Shown: piece by piece, positions 9,058 through 18,543 of the stretch
Numbering within the stretch: position 1 is the stretch's first letter
How the letters are laid out: each line of letters begins with the position of its first letter
Assembly: GCA_963754315.1 (NCBI GenBank)
Contig: CAVWFS010000007.1
Span: 512,001 to 576,000 of the forward strand
Direction of reading: 5' to 3'
From: an uncultured Candidatus Rokubacteria bacterium
Lineage (GTDB): Bacteria > Methylomirabilota > Methylomirabilia > Rokubacteriales > CSP1-6
DNA: 64,000 nt
Translations under genes and position numbers: made by a program
The notes under the pieces: generated by a model
The model's database searches: none
What the model was told of the DNA's origin: nothing
Seen by the model: the letters and a program-made list of their open reading frames with translations, nothing else

Positions 9058-9591
9058 CTAACGCGAGGCGATCTTGTCCCGGTAGAGCCGCACGGCGGCC
9101 CGAATGACCTCCTCCGCATCGACCCGCCCTTGCATGTGCTCGACGTTCACCCGCTTGTTCTCGAGAACCTTGTAATCCAGAAAGAAGCGCTCCAGCTCCT
9201 TCAAGCGGTGCGGCGGCAGCTCGGAGATGTCCCGGTAGTGGGCGTACTCGGGATCATCGACGTGAACGGCGATGATCTTGTCATCCTGTCCCTTGTCGTC
9301 CGTCATGGTGAGGACGCCGATGGCCCGGGCGCGCAGGATGCAGAGGGGAACGACCGGCTCCTGACCGAGCACGAGGACGTCGAGCGGATCGTCGTCGGGG
9401 CAGAAAGTTTGCGGCAGGAAACCATAGTTCGCTGGATAGTGGACCGCGCTGTACAGCACCCGGTCGAGCCACAAGAGCCCCGTCCGCTTGTCCAGCTCGT
9501 ACTTAAGCTTCGAGCCCTTGGAGATCTCGATAATCACGCGGAAATGCACCTCGATGTGGTCGCCCAACTCGACATCGTGCCAGGGATGCAT
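9058..9591 (-). CDS. ppa: Family I inorganic pyrophosphatase
   Basis: [51 protein letters not shown]. Confidence 0.95.
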   Translation of the reverse strand: MHPWHDVELGDHIEVHFRVIIEISKGSKLKYELDKRTGLLWLDRVLYSAVHYPANYGFLPQTFCPDDDPLDVLVLGQEPVVPLCILRARAIGVLTMTDDKGQDDKIIAVHVDDPEYAHYRDISELPPHRLKELERFFLDYKVLENKRVNVEHMQGRVDAEEVIRAAVRLYRDKIASR

Positions 9592-9663
9592 CCAGTCGCC
9601 TCCACCCGACGTTGCCTTCCCCTTCACTCTACCCGGAAGGTCGGTGTCGAGACGAGAGGCGTT

Positions 9664-10248
9664 TCAACGCGCCGAGAGCACCTCGGCCCGGGGCTTCGCC
9701 AGGGAGAGCGGACGCGCAGCCACATCGAGGAGGCGGTCGGCCACCACCCGATCGTTGGTGACCCTCGGCACTTTGTGCTGGTCGCCGAGCCGGCCCGTCT
9801 CCCGCATCCACCGGTAGAAGGTTCCGGCCGGCAGTTCGATCACGCGCGGTTCTACCATACCCATCCCCGCCGTGCGCTTGGTACGGTAGTCGGTGTTGAG
9901 AGTCATCAGCGTCTCGTCAAGAGTCTGGCGAAAGACGTCGACCGAGCAGCGAGGCGGCTCGGCGAACTCCACCAGCCAGTCGTGCCCGCCCCGTGGCTCC
10001 TGGGCCGATGGATAGCGTGGGGCCACCGTGAACTCCACGGCCTCGGCATGGGCTCGCCGACAGGCCGCCCCCAGGGCGCGCTCGACCTCCTCCACAATGA
10101 CATTCTCGCCAAAGGCGTTGAGGGACACCACATGCTGCGGCCCGACCTCTACCTCGGCCACGGTGTGACGGCGCGGCGCGGCCGCGCCCAGGTCCTCGCC
10201 GGGGACGAACTCGTAGAAGACGCCGTAGTCGACGCCGCGCGTGATCAT
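9664..10248 (-). CDS. GH3 (auxin-responsive-like) acyl-acid amido synthetase, C-terminal part only
   Basis: DYGVFYEFVP, LNAFGENV, EFTVAP, HDWLVEF, NTDYRTKR, FYRWM...GRLGDQHKVPRV; ATG overlaps the upstream stop (ATGA). Confidence 0.75.
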   Translation of the reverse strand: MITRGVDYGVFYEFVPGEDLGAAAPRRHTVAEVEVGPQHVVSLNAFGENVIVEEVERALGAACRRAHAEAVEFTVAPRYPSAQEPRGGHDWLVEFAEPPRCSVDVFRQTLDETLMTLNTDYRTKRTAGMGMVEPRVIELPAGTFYRWMRETGRLGDQHKVPRVTNDRVVADRLLDVAARPLSLAKPRAEVLSAR

Positions 10249-11039
10249 CGGCCGACGGCGGTCGCGAGCGAGAGTTGGGCCCGGCGCTCCCACGTCTCGT
10301 AGAGCCACTCCTTGACGATGGCGTTGAAGGCGTACGGTTGCTCGAGCATGGGCGCATGCCCACAATTGGTGAGGGTCCAGAACTGGGAATGGGGGATGAG
10401 GGTGTGAAAGCGCTCTCCCACCGCGACGGGGGTGATGCGATCGTCCTTGCCCCACACGATCAGGGCCGGCGCCCGGATGCTCCCCAGGTGCCGCGCGATG
10501 TTGTGGCGGCGGGTGGCCTGGGCAAAGCGGAGCACACGCCGCGCGGTGAAACGCTCGGTCACCAGACGACGAACCGATTCCACCCACGCAGGTGTCACGA
10601 GGGACGGGTCATGGAAGACCTCCTCCATCCTGGCGCGGACGTACGCGGTCGAGGGCCGATGGGGCGCCCGCCCGCCTATGGTCCGCTCGAAGAGACCCGA
10701 GGAGCCAGTCAGGATGAGCCCGGCCACGCGCTCGGGCTCGGTCAGGGCCACGTGGAGTGCCACGTGGCCGCCAAGAGAGTTTCCCCCCAGGACGACGCGA
10801 TGAAGATCGAGCGCATCCAGGAAGCGAACGACGTGTCGGCCGAGCTCGTCGACCGACGTCTCGGCGAGCCCGGGATCGAAGATCGGTAACGCCAGAGCAA
10901 GCGGCCGGCCGACCTCGGCCAAGGTCTCCAGCGAGACCTCCCAGTGGTACATGCCCCCCAGGAGTCCGTGCAGGAACAGGAGGGGCTCGCCAGTGCCCCT
11001 CTCGATCCACCGAAACTCTACGCCTTCACCATTCCTCAT
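10245..11039 (-). CDS. Alpha/beta hydrolase
   Basis: FLHGLLG, GNSLGG nucleophile elbow, WGKDD, CGHAPM. Confidence 0.92.
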   Translation of the reverse strand: MRNGEGVEFRWIERGTGEPLLFLHGLLGGMYHWEVSLETLAEVGRPLALALPIFDPGLAETSVDELGRHVVRFLDALDLHRVVLGGNSLGGHVALHVALTEPERVAGLILTGSSGLFERTIGGRAPHRPSTAYVRARMEEVFHDPSLVTPAWVESVRRLVTERFTARRVLRFAQATRRHNIARHLGSIRAPALIVWGKDDRITPVAVGERFHTLIPHSQFWTLTNCGHAPMLEQPYAFNAIVKEWLYETWERRAQLSLATAVGR

Positions 11040-11104
11040 TCCCGCCCTCCTCATCCATGGTCACCCATGAGTGTGGGCGAGACGTGTTACACGCGTGTGC
11101 GAAC

Positions 11105-11126
11105 CACCATGAAATTCTCGTGAAGG
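11105..11126 (-). promoter_or_regulatory. Possible second Pho-box-like pair
   Basis: Minus strand ccTTCACgaga atTTCATggtg with an 11-bp period, upstream of the hydrolase-GH3-ppa unit. Confidence 0.35.
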
Positions 11127-11149
11127 TGCCGTTGTGCTACCGTCCGGTC

Positions 11150-11677
11150 ATGGGGAACCGGGCCCTCTTTCTCGACTGGGGTGGCACGCTCGTCCTCACG
11201 CGAGACAACCGTACAGTGCTCGATGAGGATGGTCATCCGGTCCTCATGCCCCATGTCCCCGAGCGACTGGCCGCTGTCCGATCCAGGTTCGACGCATGCT
11301 TCATCGTGAGCAACCAGGGCCGGATCGGGCGTGAGGAGATCACGGAGGCCGAGGTGATCGCGCGTTTTTGGTGGCTCAACTCGCGTCTGGGCGCCCCCTT
11401 CACCGACTGGCGTCTCTGCCCTCACCAAGCCGGTGGGGGGTGTCTGTGCCGCAAGCCCCAGCCCGGAATGTTTCTTGACCTGGCCGCGGCGTGGGGCCTC
11501 GATCTCGACCGTTCGGTCCACGTGGGCGATTCCCCGAGTGATCGTGAGGCCGCCGCTGCCGCCGGAATCCAAACCTTTCACTGGGCTCATGACTTCTTCG
11601 GCTGGAAATCTTCCGTACGAACGGTCACCAGCGACGCCGGACCCGCGGCCCTTGAAATGAGGGGCCCGGCGTCGTAG
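11150..11677 (+). CDS. HAD IIIA phosphatase (GmhB/HisB-like)
   Basis: LFLDWGGTL, VSNQG, CPH...CLCRKPQPGM, VGDSPSD. Confidence 0.85.
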   Translation: MGNRALFLDWGGTLVLTRDNRTVLDEDGHPVLMPHVPERLAAVRSRFDACFIVSNQGRIGREEITEAEVIARFWWLNSRLGAPFTDWRLCPHQAGGGCLCRKPQPGMFLDLAAAWGLDLDRSVHVGDSPSDREAAAAAGIQTFHWAHDFFGWKSSVRTVTSDAGPAALEMRGPAS

Positions 11678-11691
11678 GGTTCATAGCCAAG

Positions 11692-12108
11692 ATGTGGAAA
11701 AGAGTGGTCCGGCAAAGCACCCGGCTCCTGATGGTCGGACTGGCAGGCGTCGCGCTGGCCACCTGGGCGGTCGCTGACCCGACTCCGCCACCACTGAAGT
11801 CGAGCACGATCACGGGTATCGGCGTCGTGCTGACCGCTCCGAACGGCATGACCTTGTACGTCTACCTCAACGATCGCGAGCCCGGGAAGAGCGTGTGCAC
11901 AGGCGCCTGTGAGACGAACTGGCCGCCGTTTCGCCCTGCCGCCGATGCGGCCACCCCTCAGGACCCCTTGGCGTTGATCACGCGGCTCGACAAATCAAAG
12001 CAGTACGCGTACAAGGGCAAGCCGCTCTACTATTGCAAGACCGACAAGAAGCCCGGAGATGTCACCGGCCATAAGTTCCGGGATTTCTGGTTGGCCGCCC
12101 AGCCATGA
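11692..12108 (+). CDS. Secreted-repeat protein (COG4315-like)
   Basis: Signal peptide; GMTLY...D...S.CTGAC..NWPPF and QYAYKGKPLY...DKKPGDVTG. Confidence 0.85.
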   Translation: MWKRVVRQSTRLLMVGLAGVALATWAVADPTPPPLKSSTITGIGVVLTAPNGMTLYVYLNDREPGKSVCTGACETNWPPFRPAADAATPQDPLALITRLDKSKQYAYKGKPLYYCKTDKKPGDVTGHKFRDFWLAAQP

Positions 12109-12641
12109 GTCGCACCGGACTGCTGCTGGCTGTACTCGCTCTGGCCTCGATGCTCACGGCCACGTCGTCGGCCCTCGCCCACCCGTCGACCGTACCGCCC
12201 GCCGAAGAATCCGCCGGCCCCACGGCTTTCGGGGTCCTCCCAGGCCTGGCGGCAGCGATCGCGGAGGAGGCACCGAATGAGGACTGGCAGGCGGTTGCCA
12301 GTGCCGGGCACCCTGCCGGCGCGGCCATCGGGCTCGCCGTGGCCATGCTGGTGCTGCTGGCGTTCCGCCGCCGTGACGCGCTCGCCGTCGCCACCGTGCT
12401 CGCCAGCCTCGTGCTGATCTTCGAGAACGGCGTGCACTCGGTCCACCACCTCGGAGACGATCAGGGAGCCTCCGAATGCGCCGCCGCAGTGGCCACGACG
12501 CATCTTGCCGGGGCGTCGACCGAGCCACCTTCGGCCGAGGCATTCCACGTTCTTCGTCACGAGCGCCTGGCGGCCACTACACCCGCGATCCCCGCCTGCC
12601 AGACGTTCCGACCGGATATCGGCCGCGCCCCTCCGATGTAG
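12105..12641 (+). CDS. His-rich membrane leader protein with C-terminal RAPP (copy 1)
   Basis: Signal peptide (ALA-HP), two TM segments, FENGVHSVHH...C...TTH, ends IGRAPPM*; ATGA coupling to the upstream gene. Confidence 0.75.
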   Translation: MSRTGLLLAVLALASMLTATSSALAHPSTVPPAEESAGPTAFGVLPGLAAAIAEEAPNEDWQAVASAGHPAGAAIGLAVAMLVLLAFRRRDALAVATVLASLVLIFENGVHSVHHLGDDQGASECAAAVATTHLAGASTEPPSAEAFHVLRHERLAATTPAIPACQTFRPDIGRAPPM

Positions 12642-12668
12642 CGGGAGCGGGAGGCGAGACGCTCCCGC
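12641..12668 (+). other. 9-bp GC-rich stem-loop immediately after RAPP ORF 1
   Basis: GCGGGAGCG (12641-12649) / CGCTCCCGC (12660-12668), 10-nt loop, no U tract. Confidence 0.6.
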
Positions 12669-12786
12669 CCAAGCCCTCGTTCGACGATCCGAGCTGGTGC
12701 CAAAGGTCAACCGCCGATCTACCTGCGCTCACGCCGGGGCACGGACGCCAGGATCGGCCATATCGAGTTCGGAACAGGAGGTCTTG

Positions 12787-13705
12787 TTGCAAGGTTCTTT
12801 TGGGAGGAGCCTTCTCCGGAGGGTCCCATGCATCCTCGTATCAGGTGCCGTGCACCTCGCGCTGGTCGTGTCAGTGCTGGCGGTGGGGCTCCACGTGGCC
12901 CCGCGGTTCGAGGCGATGATCCATGCGGAGCTGGTGCCTCACGAGGTTCAGACGCCGCGGCCGCCCAGCGTTGAGTCGAGAATCACACTGCCGCGACCAA
13001 AGCCCGCTGCGCCTGCCACGCGTCCGCGTCGTTCCGCCTCGTCTCGTCGAGACGGCGATGCCCACGGTGGAATCTCCCGCACCCCCTCGGGATATACCGC
13101 CCCCTCCCCCGACGGAGTCCCCGCGTGCGAAGGTGGAGATAATCGACGCGCCGCGTCCCGACCCCGCGAAGGTTGCTCCCCCGGAGCCTCTTCCATCCAC
13201 ACCAGAACCACCGCTGGCGTCCGCGGGAGGCGGAGCGGCTCCGAACCCAGGGCGGTTACCAGGCGGGGGCGGCGGCCCGAACACCACGACATCCTCCGAG
13301 AGCCTACCGAGCGGTGTCTCGATGCTTACTCCCGGTCGCTCCGCCGGGGCAGGCGGTGCGGCAGCGGGCGGCGGCGGAGGCAGTGGTCCGGGGACGGCAT
13401 CGCTGAGCGGTGACCGCGGTGGCGGTGTCACCCGTACGGCTATCCCTCGCGGGGGATATCAGGTCCAGCCACGATATCCGACGAACGCCCGCCGCCTCGG
13501 GATCCAGGGCACGACCCTTCTTCGCGTCTTCGTGTCGACCGACGGTCGGGTCACAGAGGTGGGGGTCGAGCAGACAGCCGGGCACACCGACCTCGATGAG
13601 GCGGCAGCCGACGCCGTACGCCGCTGGCGCTTTGAACCAGCGCGACGCGGTGACGAACCCGTCGGCATGTGGGTTCTCCTCCCGGTCGAGTTCCGTCTCA
13701 AGTGA
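12787..13705 (+). CDS. tonB: Energy transducer TonB (apparent +1 frameshift near 13004)
   Basis: AGGAGG SD and TTG start; TM with SGAVH; Pro-rich linker; PRYPTNARRLGIQG...LDEAAADAVRRWRFEPA...PVEFRL. The N- and C-terminal parts are in adjacent frames. Confidence 0.85.
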
Positions 13706-14289
13706 GCACGTTGGCAACCACGCCTCCGTGCCCGTCTCGAGCCGCCACGCGGCGATGGGCGTGCACGGTGACTCTCTTCCTGGCGATCCTGGCCACCCTT
13801 GCGATGATCGCGCCCTCTCACGCCCATCAGGCTCCTCCGGCGACCGCACCAATGCCTGGTGTCGCCGTGAGCGAGGATCCTATCGGAGCGGCAAGCCCCG
13901 TCCCGACGCCGCGTGTTCCCGCGTCGCCCGGTGTTGATCGTGACCTGTCCACGATCGTCCTCCTGCTCGCTCTCATCCCGTTGGTAGGCGTCATGCGGCG
14001 ACGGCGCCCGATCGCCTTCGTCCTCACTCTCGTCGCCCTCGCCCTCACGTTCGAGACGGGCGTCCACTCGGTCCACCACTTCGGATCTCCGTCAGAAGCG
14101 GCCCACTGCGCCGTTGCTGCGGCCACCACCCACTCTCCCGGGGTCGTCGGCGAGACAGGAGCCGAGCTCCGCGCGCCGGCCCGTGGCCGCGGCGACGTCG
14201 TGAACGCCGCTGGTGAGACGCGTACCTTGCGCGTCCACCGCGCCTTTCGCGGCCGCGCTCCGCCGGACCCCGCCCTCGCCTGGCTCTAA
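13702..14289 (+). CDS. His-rich membrane leader protein with C-terminal RAPP (copy 2)
   Basis: GTGA overlap with tonB; signal peptide (SHA-HQ), TM segments, FETGVHSVHH...C...TTH, then RGRAPPDPALAWL*. Confidence 0.75.
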   Translation: MSTLATTPPCPSRAATRRWACTVTLFLAILATLAMIAPSHAHQAPPATAPMPGVAVSEDPIGAASPVPTPRVPASPGVDRDLSTIVLLLALIPLVGVMRRRRPIAFVLTLVALALTFETGVHSVHHFGSPSEAAHCAVAAATTHSPGVVGETGAELRAPARGRGDVVNAAGETRTLRVHRAFRGRAPPDPALAWL

Positions 14290-14456
14290 TCCGGTCGCCC
14301 GCTCGGCCTCGGCCAGGCGCGGCGACATCGCGTCCACGTTCTCTTTGCCGGAGGGGTGTGTCATGGCTCGGCGATCGCTCGCCGTGCGTTGAGGCCCCGA
14401 ACAGGGTCGCGGCCCTTAGCCGCACGCTTTCCTGACCGGCTACGGAGAGTTTCGGC

Positions 14457-16596
14457 ATGTACCGTCTGGCTACCTTGGCCCTCGTGGTGCTCGTCACCAC
14501 ACCAGCCTTCGCTCAGCAACCAACTCCGGCGCCGCCGGCAGAGGCCCCGCCCACCCTCTCCCCGGTTGTGGTGGAGGGCCCGCGTATCTTCCCCGAGCGC
14601 ACCTCCACCACCGAGCAAGCGCGGGAAGAGATCCAGAGCACCGTCCCGGGCGGCGCCGAGGTGGTCGGCGAGACGATCATTCGAGAATCACTTGGCGCCA
14701 ACCTCAGGAACGTGCTGGACTTCGTCCCCGGCGTCCTCGTGCGGCCCCGCTTCGGCCTGGCCGACGAGATGCAGTTTTCTATCCGCGGCTCCGCGCTTCA
14801 GAACAACTTCCACCAGCGTGGAGTGAACTTCCTGTTCAACGGGTTTCTCTACGGCCAGGCCGACGGCTTCAGCGACTTCGAGTCCATCGAGCTGATGGAC
14901 GTCAAGCGCATCGAGGTCTTCAAGGGAGCCAACGCCCTCCGCTTCGGCGCCAACTCCATCGGGGGCGCCGTGAACTTCGTCACCAAGACCGGCTACGACG
15001 CCGGCCCCTTCGAGATCTGGAGCGAGGGCGGGTCCTACGGCTTCTACAAGCAGCACCTGGCGACCGGCCAGGTCCATGGACCCTTCGACTTCTACGGGGG
15101 CGCCAGCATCACGGGTCTGTCCGGCTACCGCCAGCACAGCCAGCAGCATCGCTACCGGTTCAACACCAGCAGCGGCTGGGACTTCGGAGGCGGGATGACC
15201 GCGCGCTTCGATCTCGGCTTCGTGCGCAGCGAGGAGAACCTGCCGGGCGCCCTCACCCGACCCCAGTTCGAGGCGGATCCTCAGCAGCGCAACCCCTCTA
15301 CCGCGTTCGCCAACGAACAGCGCGACTACAACTACCCGAACGGCGCCTTCACGTTCCGGCTCCCGCTCACGGCTGATCAGCAGCTCGTCTCGCTGACCCA
15401 GCTCAACTACCAGGACCTCTTCCACCCGCTCGCCTTCGCGATCATCGACCAGACCACGTACAACTGGAGCCAGGAGATCCGATACATCAATACCGCGTCG
15501 CTCGGCGGGTCACCGGAACCTGCTCACGGCCGGCTTCCAGTACTTCGCCACCAACCAGAACAGCGCCCAGCAGCAGAACAGAGGCAACGCTAATGCCGGG
15601 CGCCTCATCAAGAACGAGGTGGCGCAGTCAGCCAACTATGGCTGGTACGGGGAGGACGTCTTCGGGATCACCTCGGCCGTGTCTCTCGTGGGAGGCTTAC
15701 GGCTCCAGTACTCCACGCGTGAGATCCGCGATCGACTCTTCAGTGATCCATTTCCTGACGTCGACGGTAATGACTCGGGCAGCGTGAACTTCTTCGGCGC
15801 CAGCCCCAAGTTCGGCACCATCTGGCAGGTGACACCCTCGATCCAGGTCTACGGCAACGCGAGCCGCGCCTATCAGCCACCGCTCCTGCTCGAGCTGACC
15901 GCCCCCGGGCAGATTCCGGGTACCTTGGACGATCTCAACGCAACGTCTGCCTGGCAGTTCGAGATCGGGACACGGGGTAGTTGGGGACAGCGTGCCACCT
16001 GGGATATCTCTGTCTACGATTACGAGGTATGGGACGCGATCCAGAATGTCAACATCCAGCCCTTCCCGGGCGCACCCTTCACCATTCCCCGCTTTCAGAA
16101 CATCCCGCGCTCGCGCAACCTCGGAGTCGAGGTCGGCCTCGATGTTCAGCTCCTCACGGACGTTGCTCGAGCGCTCGGCCTCGGGCGGGCCGCCGACCAG
16201 ATCCGGGCGCGCCTGGCCTATACCTACTCGAATTTCCGCTTCGTCAACAACCCGATGTTCAACAACAACTTCCTGCCGGGTGCGCCGGAGCACTTCATCC
16301 GGGCCGAGGTGCGCTACGAGAGCTCGCTCGGGTTCTATGTCGCTCCCCAGTTCGAGAACGTGCCCAAGCGCTACTTCGTCAACAGCACCAACTTGAACGC
16401 CACCTCGCCCTACGCCCTCGTGGGAATCCAAATGGGTTATACGTACAAGCCGTGGAACATGAGCCTGTACTTCCAGGGCGCGAACCTGGCCAACAAGTCG
16501 TACATCTCGGCGGTCGTCACCGACGACGCCCTCGGGCAATCCTTTTATCCCGGCGACGGCCGAGGCTTTTACGGAGGCCTCCAATGGCGATGGTAG
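14457..16596 (+). CDS. TonB-dependent outer-membrane receptor (apparent +1 frameshift near 15508)
   Basis: Signal peptide, TonB box LSPVVVEG, plug (SIRGS, RIEVFKGANALRFG...GGAVNFVT), barrel ending GRGFYGGLQWRW. Confidence 0.9.
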
Positions 16597-17810
16597 CGGG
16601 CTGCCTGTTCGTTCTGGCGGTCGCCCTCGGCCCCGCGGCCGTGTTCGCCGCCGGGCCGGCGAGCGGCCCACGGATCGAGATGACTCATGCGGGTAAGGGA
16701 CACGAAGTCCACCTGTCGGCGCCGGCGGTGACTGTTGCACGCGACGGCCAAGCGCTGGTGGCGTGGATTGCCCAGCAGGGGCATACCAACAACGTCTATG
16801 TCGCCCGCCCCAGCCCGAACGGAGCGCGCCCCGTCCGCGTGAACCCGGAGGGACTCTCCGCGGAGTCCATGCACCAAGCGCCAGGAGTCGCGAGCGGATC
16901 CAAGGGGGAGATCTACGTCTCGTGGTCATCTGAGAAGCGAAAACCAGAGGGTGTGCTCTTCGCGTCCGATCTGCAGTTGTCGCGCTCCCTGGACGGAGGC
17001 CAACGCTTCGAGCGCCCGTTGCGGATCAACGACGATCGGCCGATCTCACACTCGTTCGATGGGTTGGCGGCAGGCGCCGACGGCACCGTGTACCTCGGCT
17101 GGATCGACGCCCGCGAAGGCGGGAACCAACCCCGAACCTTTCTCGCGCGGATCGGCGATCGAGGCAGCCGGGTCGACCACGTGGTCAAGCTCGACCCGGG
17201 AGAGACCTGCGTGTGTTGCCGGGTCGACGTGGCCGCGACGGATGGGCTTGTGGCCGTCCTGTGGAGGAAGGTCTTGCCTGGTGACATCCGTGACATGGTG
17301 CTCGGCCTCTCCCGAGACGGCGGCCGTTCGTTTGCTGGTCCGACCCTCGTCCACGCCGATGGTTGGAAAATTGCCGCCTGCCCGCACCGCGGTGGCCGCG
17401 CTGCCCTCGACGCGCGCGGCACGATCTACGTCGCCTGGTACACGGAGGGTCAAGACGAAACCCCCCGCGTCCTCTTCACGACCTCCACCGACGGGCGCGC
17501 TTTCGAGGCACCGCGCCCGATCACCGTGGCCGCCGGGGCCGTACCTGACCACGTTCGGTTGGCGGTCAATCATCAGGGCGCCATCGCGATCGTCTGGGAG
17601 GACTCGACGGCCGTTCGCCGTCGGATCAGGTTGCGCGTGTCCCTCGACGGGGGACGATCATTCAGCTCGCCTCAATCCCTCTCGACGGCCGTGAAGGCCT
17701 ACGCACCGGACGTGGCGGTGGCTCCGAACGGTGACTTCGTGGTCGTGTGGCACGAGGAGCATTTCCCTGGCATCAAGACGGTCGTCCAGTGGCTATCTGG
17801 CAGGCGCTAA
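16590..17810 (+). CDS. Secreted BNR/Asp-box (sialidase-fold) protein with CxCC and CPH motifs
   Basis: SLDGGQRF, SRDGGRSF, STDGRAF, SLDGGRSF Asp boxes; TCVCCR; WKIAACPHRG. Confidence 0.85.
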   Translation: MVAGCLFVLAVALGPAAVFAAGPASGPRIEMTHAGKGHEVHLSAPAVTVARDGQALVAWIAQQGHTNNVYVARPSPNGARPVRVNPEGLSAESMHQAPGVASGSKGEIYVSWSSEKRKPEGVLFASDLQLSRSLDGGQRFERPLRINDDRPISHSFDGLAAGADGTVYLGWIDAREGGNQPRTFLARIGDRGSRVDHVVKLDPGETCVCCRVDVAATDGLVAVLWRKVLPGDIRDMVLGLSRDGGRSFAGPTLVHADGWKIAACPHRGGRAALDARGTIYVAWYTEGQDETPRVLFTTSTDGRAFEAPRPITVAAGAVPDHVRLAVNHQGAIAIVWEDSTAVRRRIRLRVSLDGGRSFSSPQSLSTAVKAYAPDVAVAPNGDFVVVWHEEHFPGIKTVVQWLSGRR

Positions 17811-17819
17811 AATGAACGT

Positions 17820-18323
17820 ATGCGCACGGCGGTCCTGATCGCGCTCGCTGTCGGGGGCGCTTCCCTGTTGACGATGTCGTCCAGCGCCGCCCAATCGGGA
17901 CCGACGCCGCGCGCGGCCCCCGCCTCGCGGGCGCCAGCGCCACATGGTGATCCCAAAGGTTGGAAGTTCACGCTGCCCAAGGGCGGGGATCCGGGCCGGG
18001 GGCGTGCCGCCTTCGAAAAGTTCGAGTGCTACACATGCCACGAGATCAAGGGCGAGACGTTCCCGGCTCCGATCAAGCGGGAACTTCTGGGACCTGATCT
18101 GACCTCGATGGGTCAGCATCACTCGGTTGGGTTTCTCGTCGAGTCGATCATGAACCCCAGCGGCCTCGTCGACCCCGGCCGGGGATACGCGGGACCAGAC
18201 GGCGCATCGAAGATGCCCTCCTTCAACGACTCGATGACCGTGCAGGAATTGGTTGACCTGGTGGCGTACTTGAAGACGCTGAGCCCACCGGCCCGCCCGA
18301 CACGGCGCGGACAGCATCATTAG
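17820..18323 (+). CDS. Monoheme cytochrome c
   Basis: Signal peptide, CYTCH, GPDLT, ESIMNP, SKMP, DLVAYL. Confidence 0.9.
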   Translation: MRTAVLIALAVGGASLLTMSSSAAQSGPTPRAAPASRAPAPHGDPKGWKFTLPKGGDPGRGRAAFEKFECYTCHEIKGETFPAPIKRELLGPDLTSMGQHHSVGFLVESIMNPSGLVDPGRGYAGPDGASKMPSFNDSMTVQELVDLVAYLKTLSPPARPTRRGQHH

Positions 18324-18543
18324 CCGGTTCGCCCCTCTGCTCTGGGTTCTTGTTCTCCTGCTCGTCGGTGTCGCCTGGGCTGACCACGGGGCCGGAGACC
18401 TTCGATCGCCAGCGAATCCGTGGTGGGAGGCTCTCGTGTGGGGAGTGATCGGGTTCCTGGTTGCTGTGACGGTGACCCTTGTCGTCATCCTCTTCACCCG
18501 ATCCCCCGCTCCACGCGATCCCGGCCGGCACTCGAGGTCGTGA
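18319..18543 (+). CDS. Small exported single-TM protein with non-canonical start (not in the ORF track)
   Basis: Open frame ISRFAPLLWVLVLLLVGVAWA-DHGAGDLRSPANPWWEALVWGVIGFLVAVTVTLVVILFTR...; fills the cytochrome c to copC gap exactly and its TGA overlaps the copC GTG. Confidence 0.6.
   Translation: MSRFAPLLWVLVLLLVGVAWADHGAGDLRSPANPWWEALVWGVIGFLVAVTVTLVVILFTRSPAPRDPGRHSRS

Noticed and set aside
16590..17810. True sialidase
   Set aside because: Only Asp boxes are seen, with no recognisable RIP/FRIP motif; the context and Cys motifs point to metal handling.
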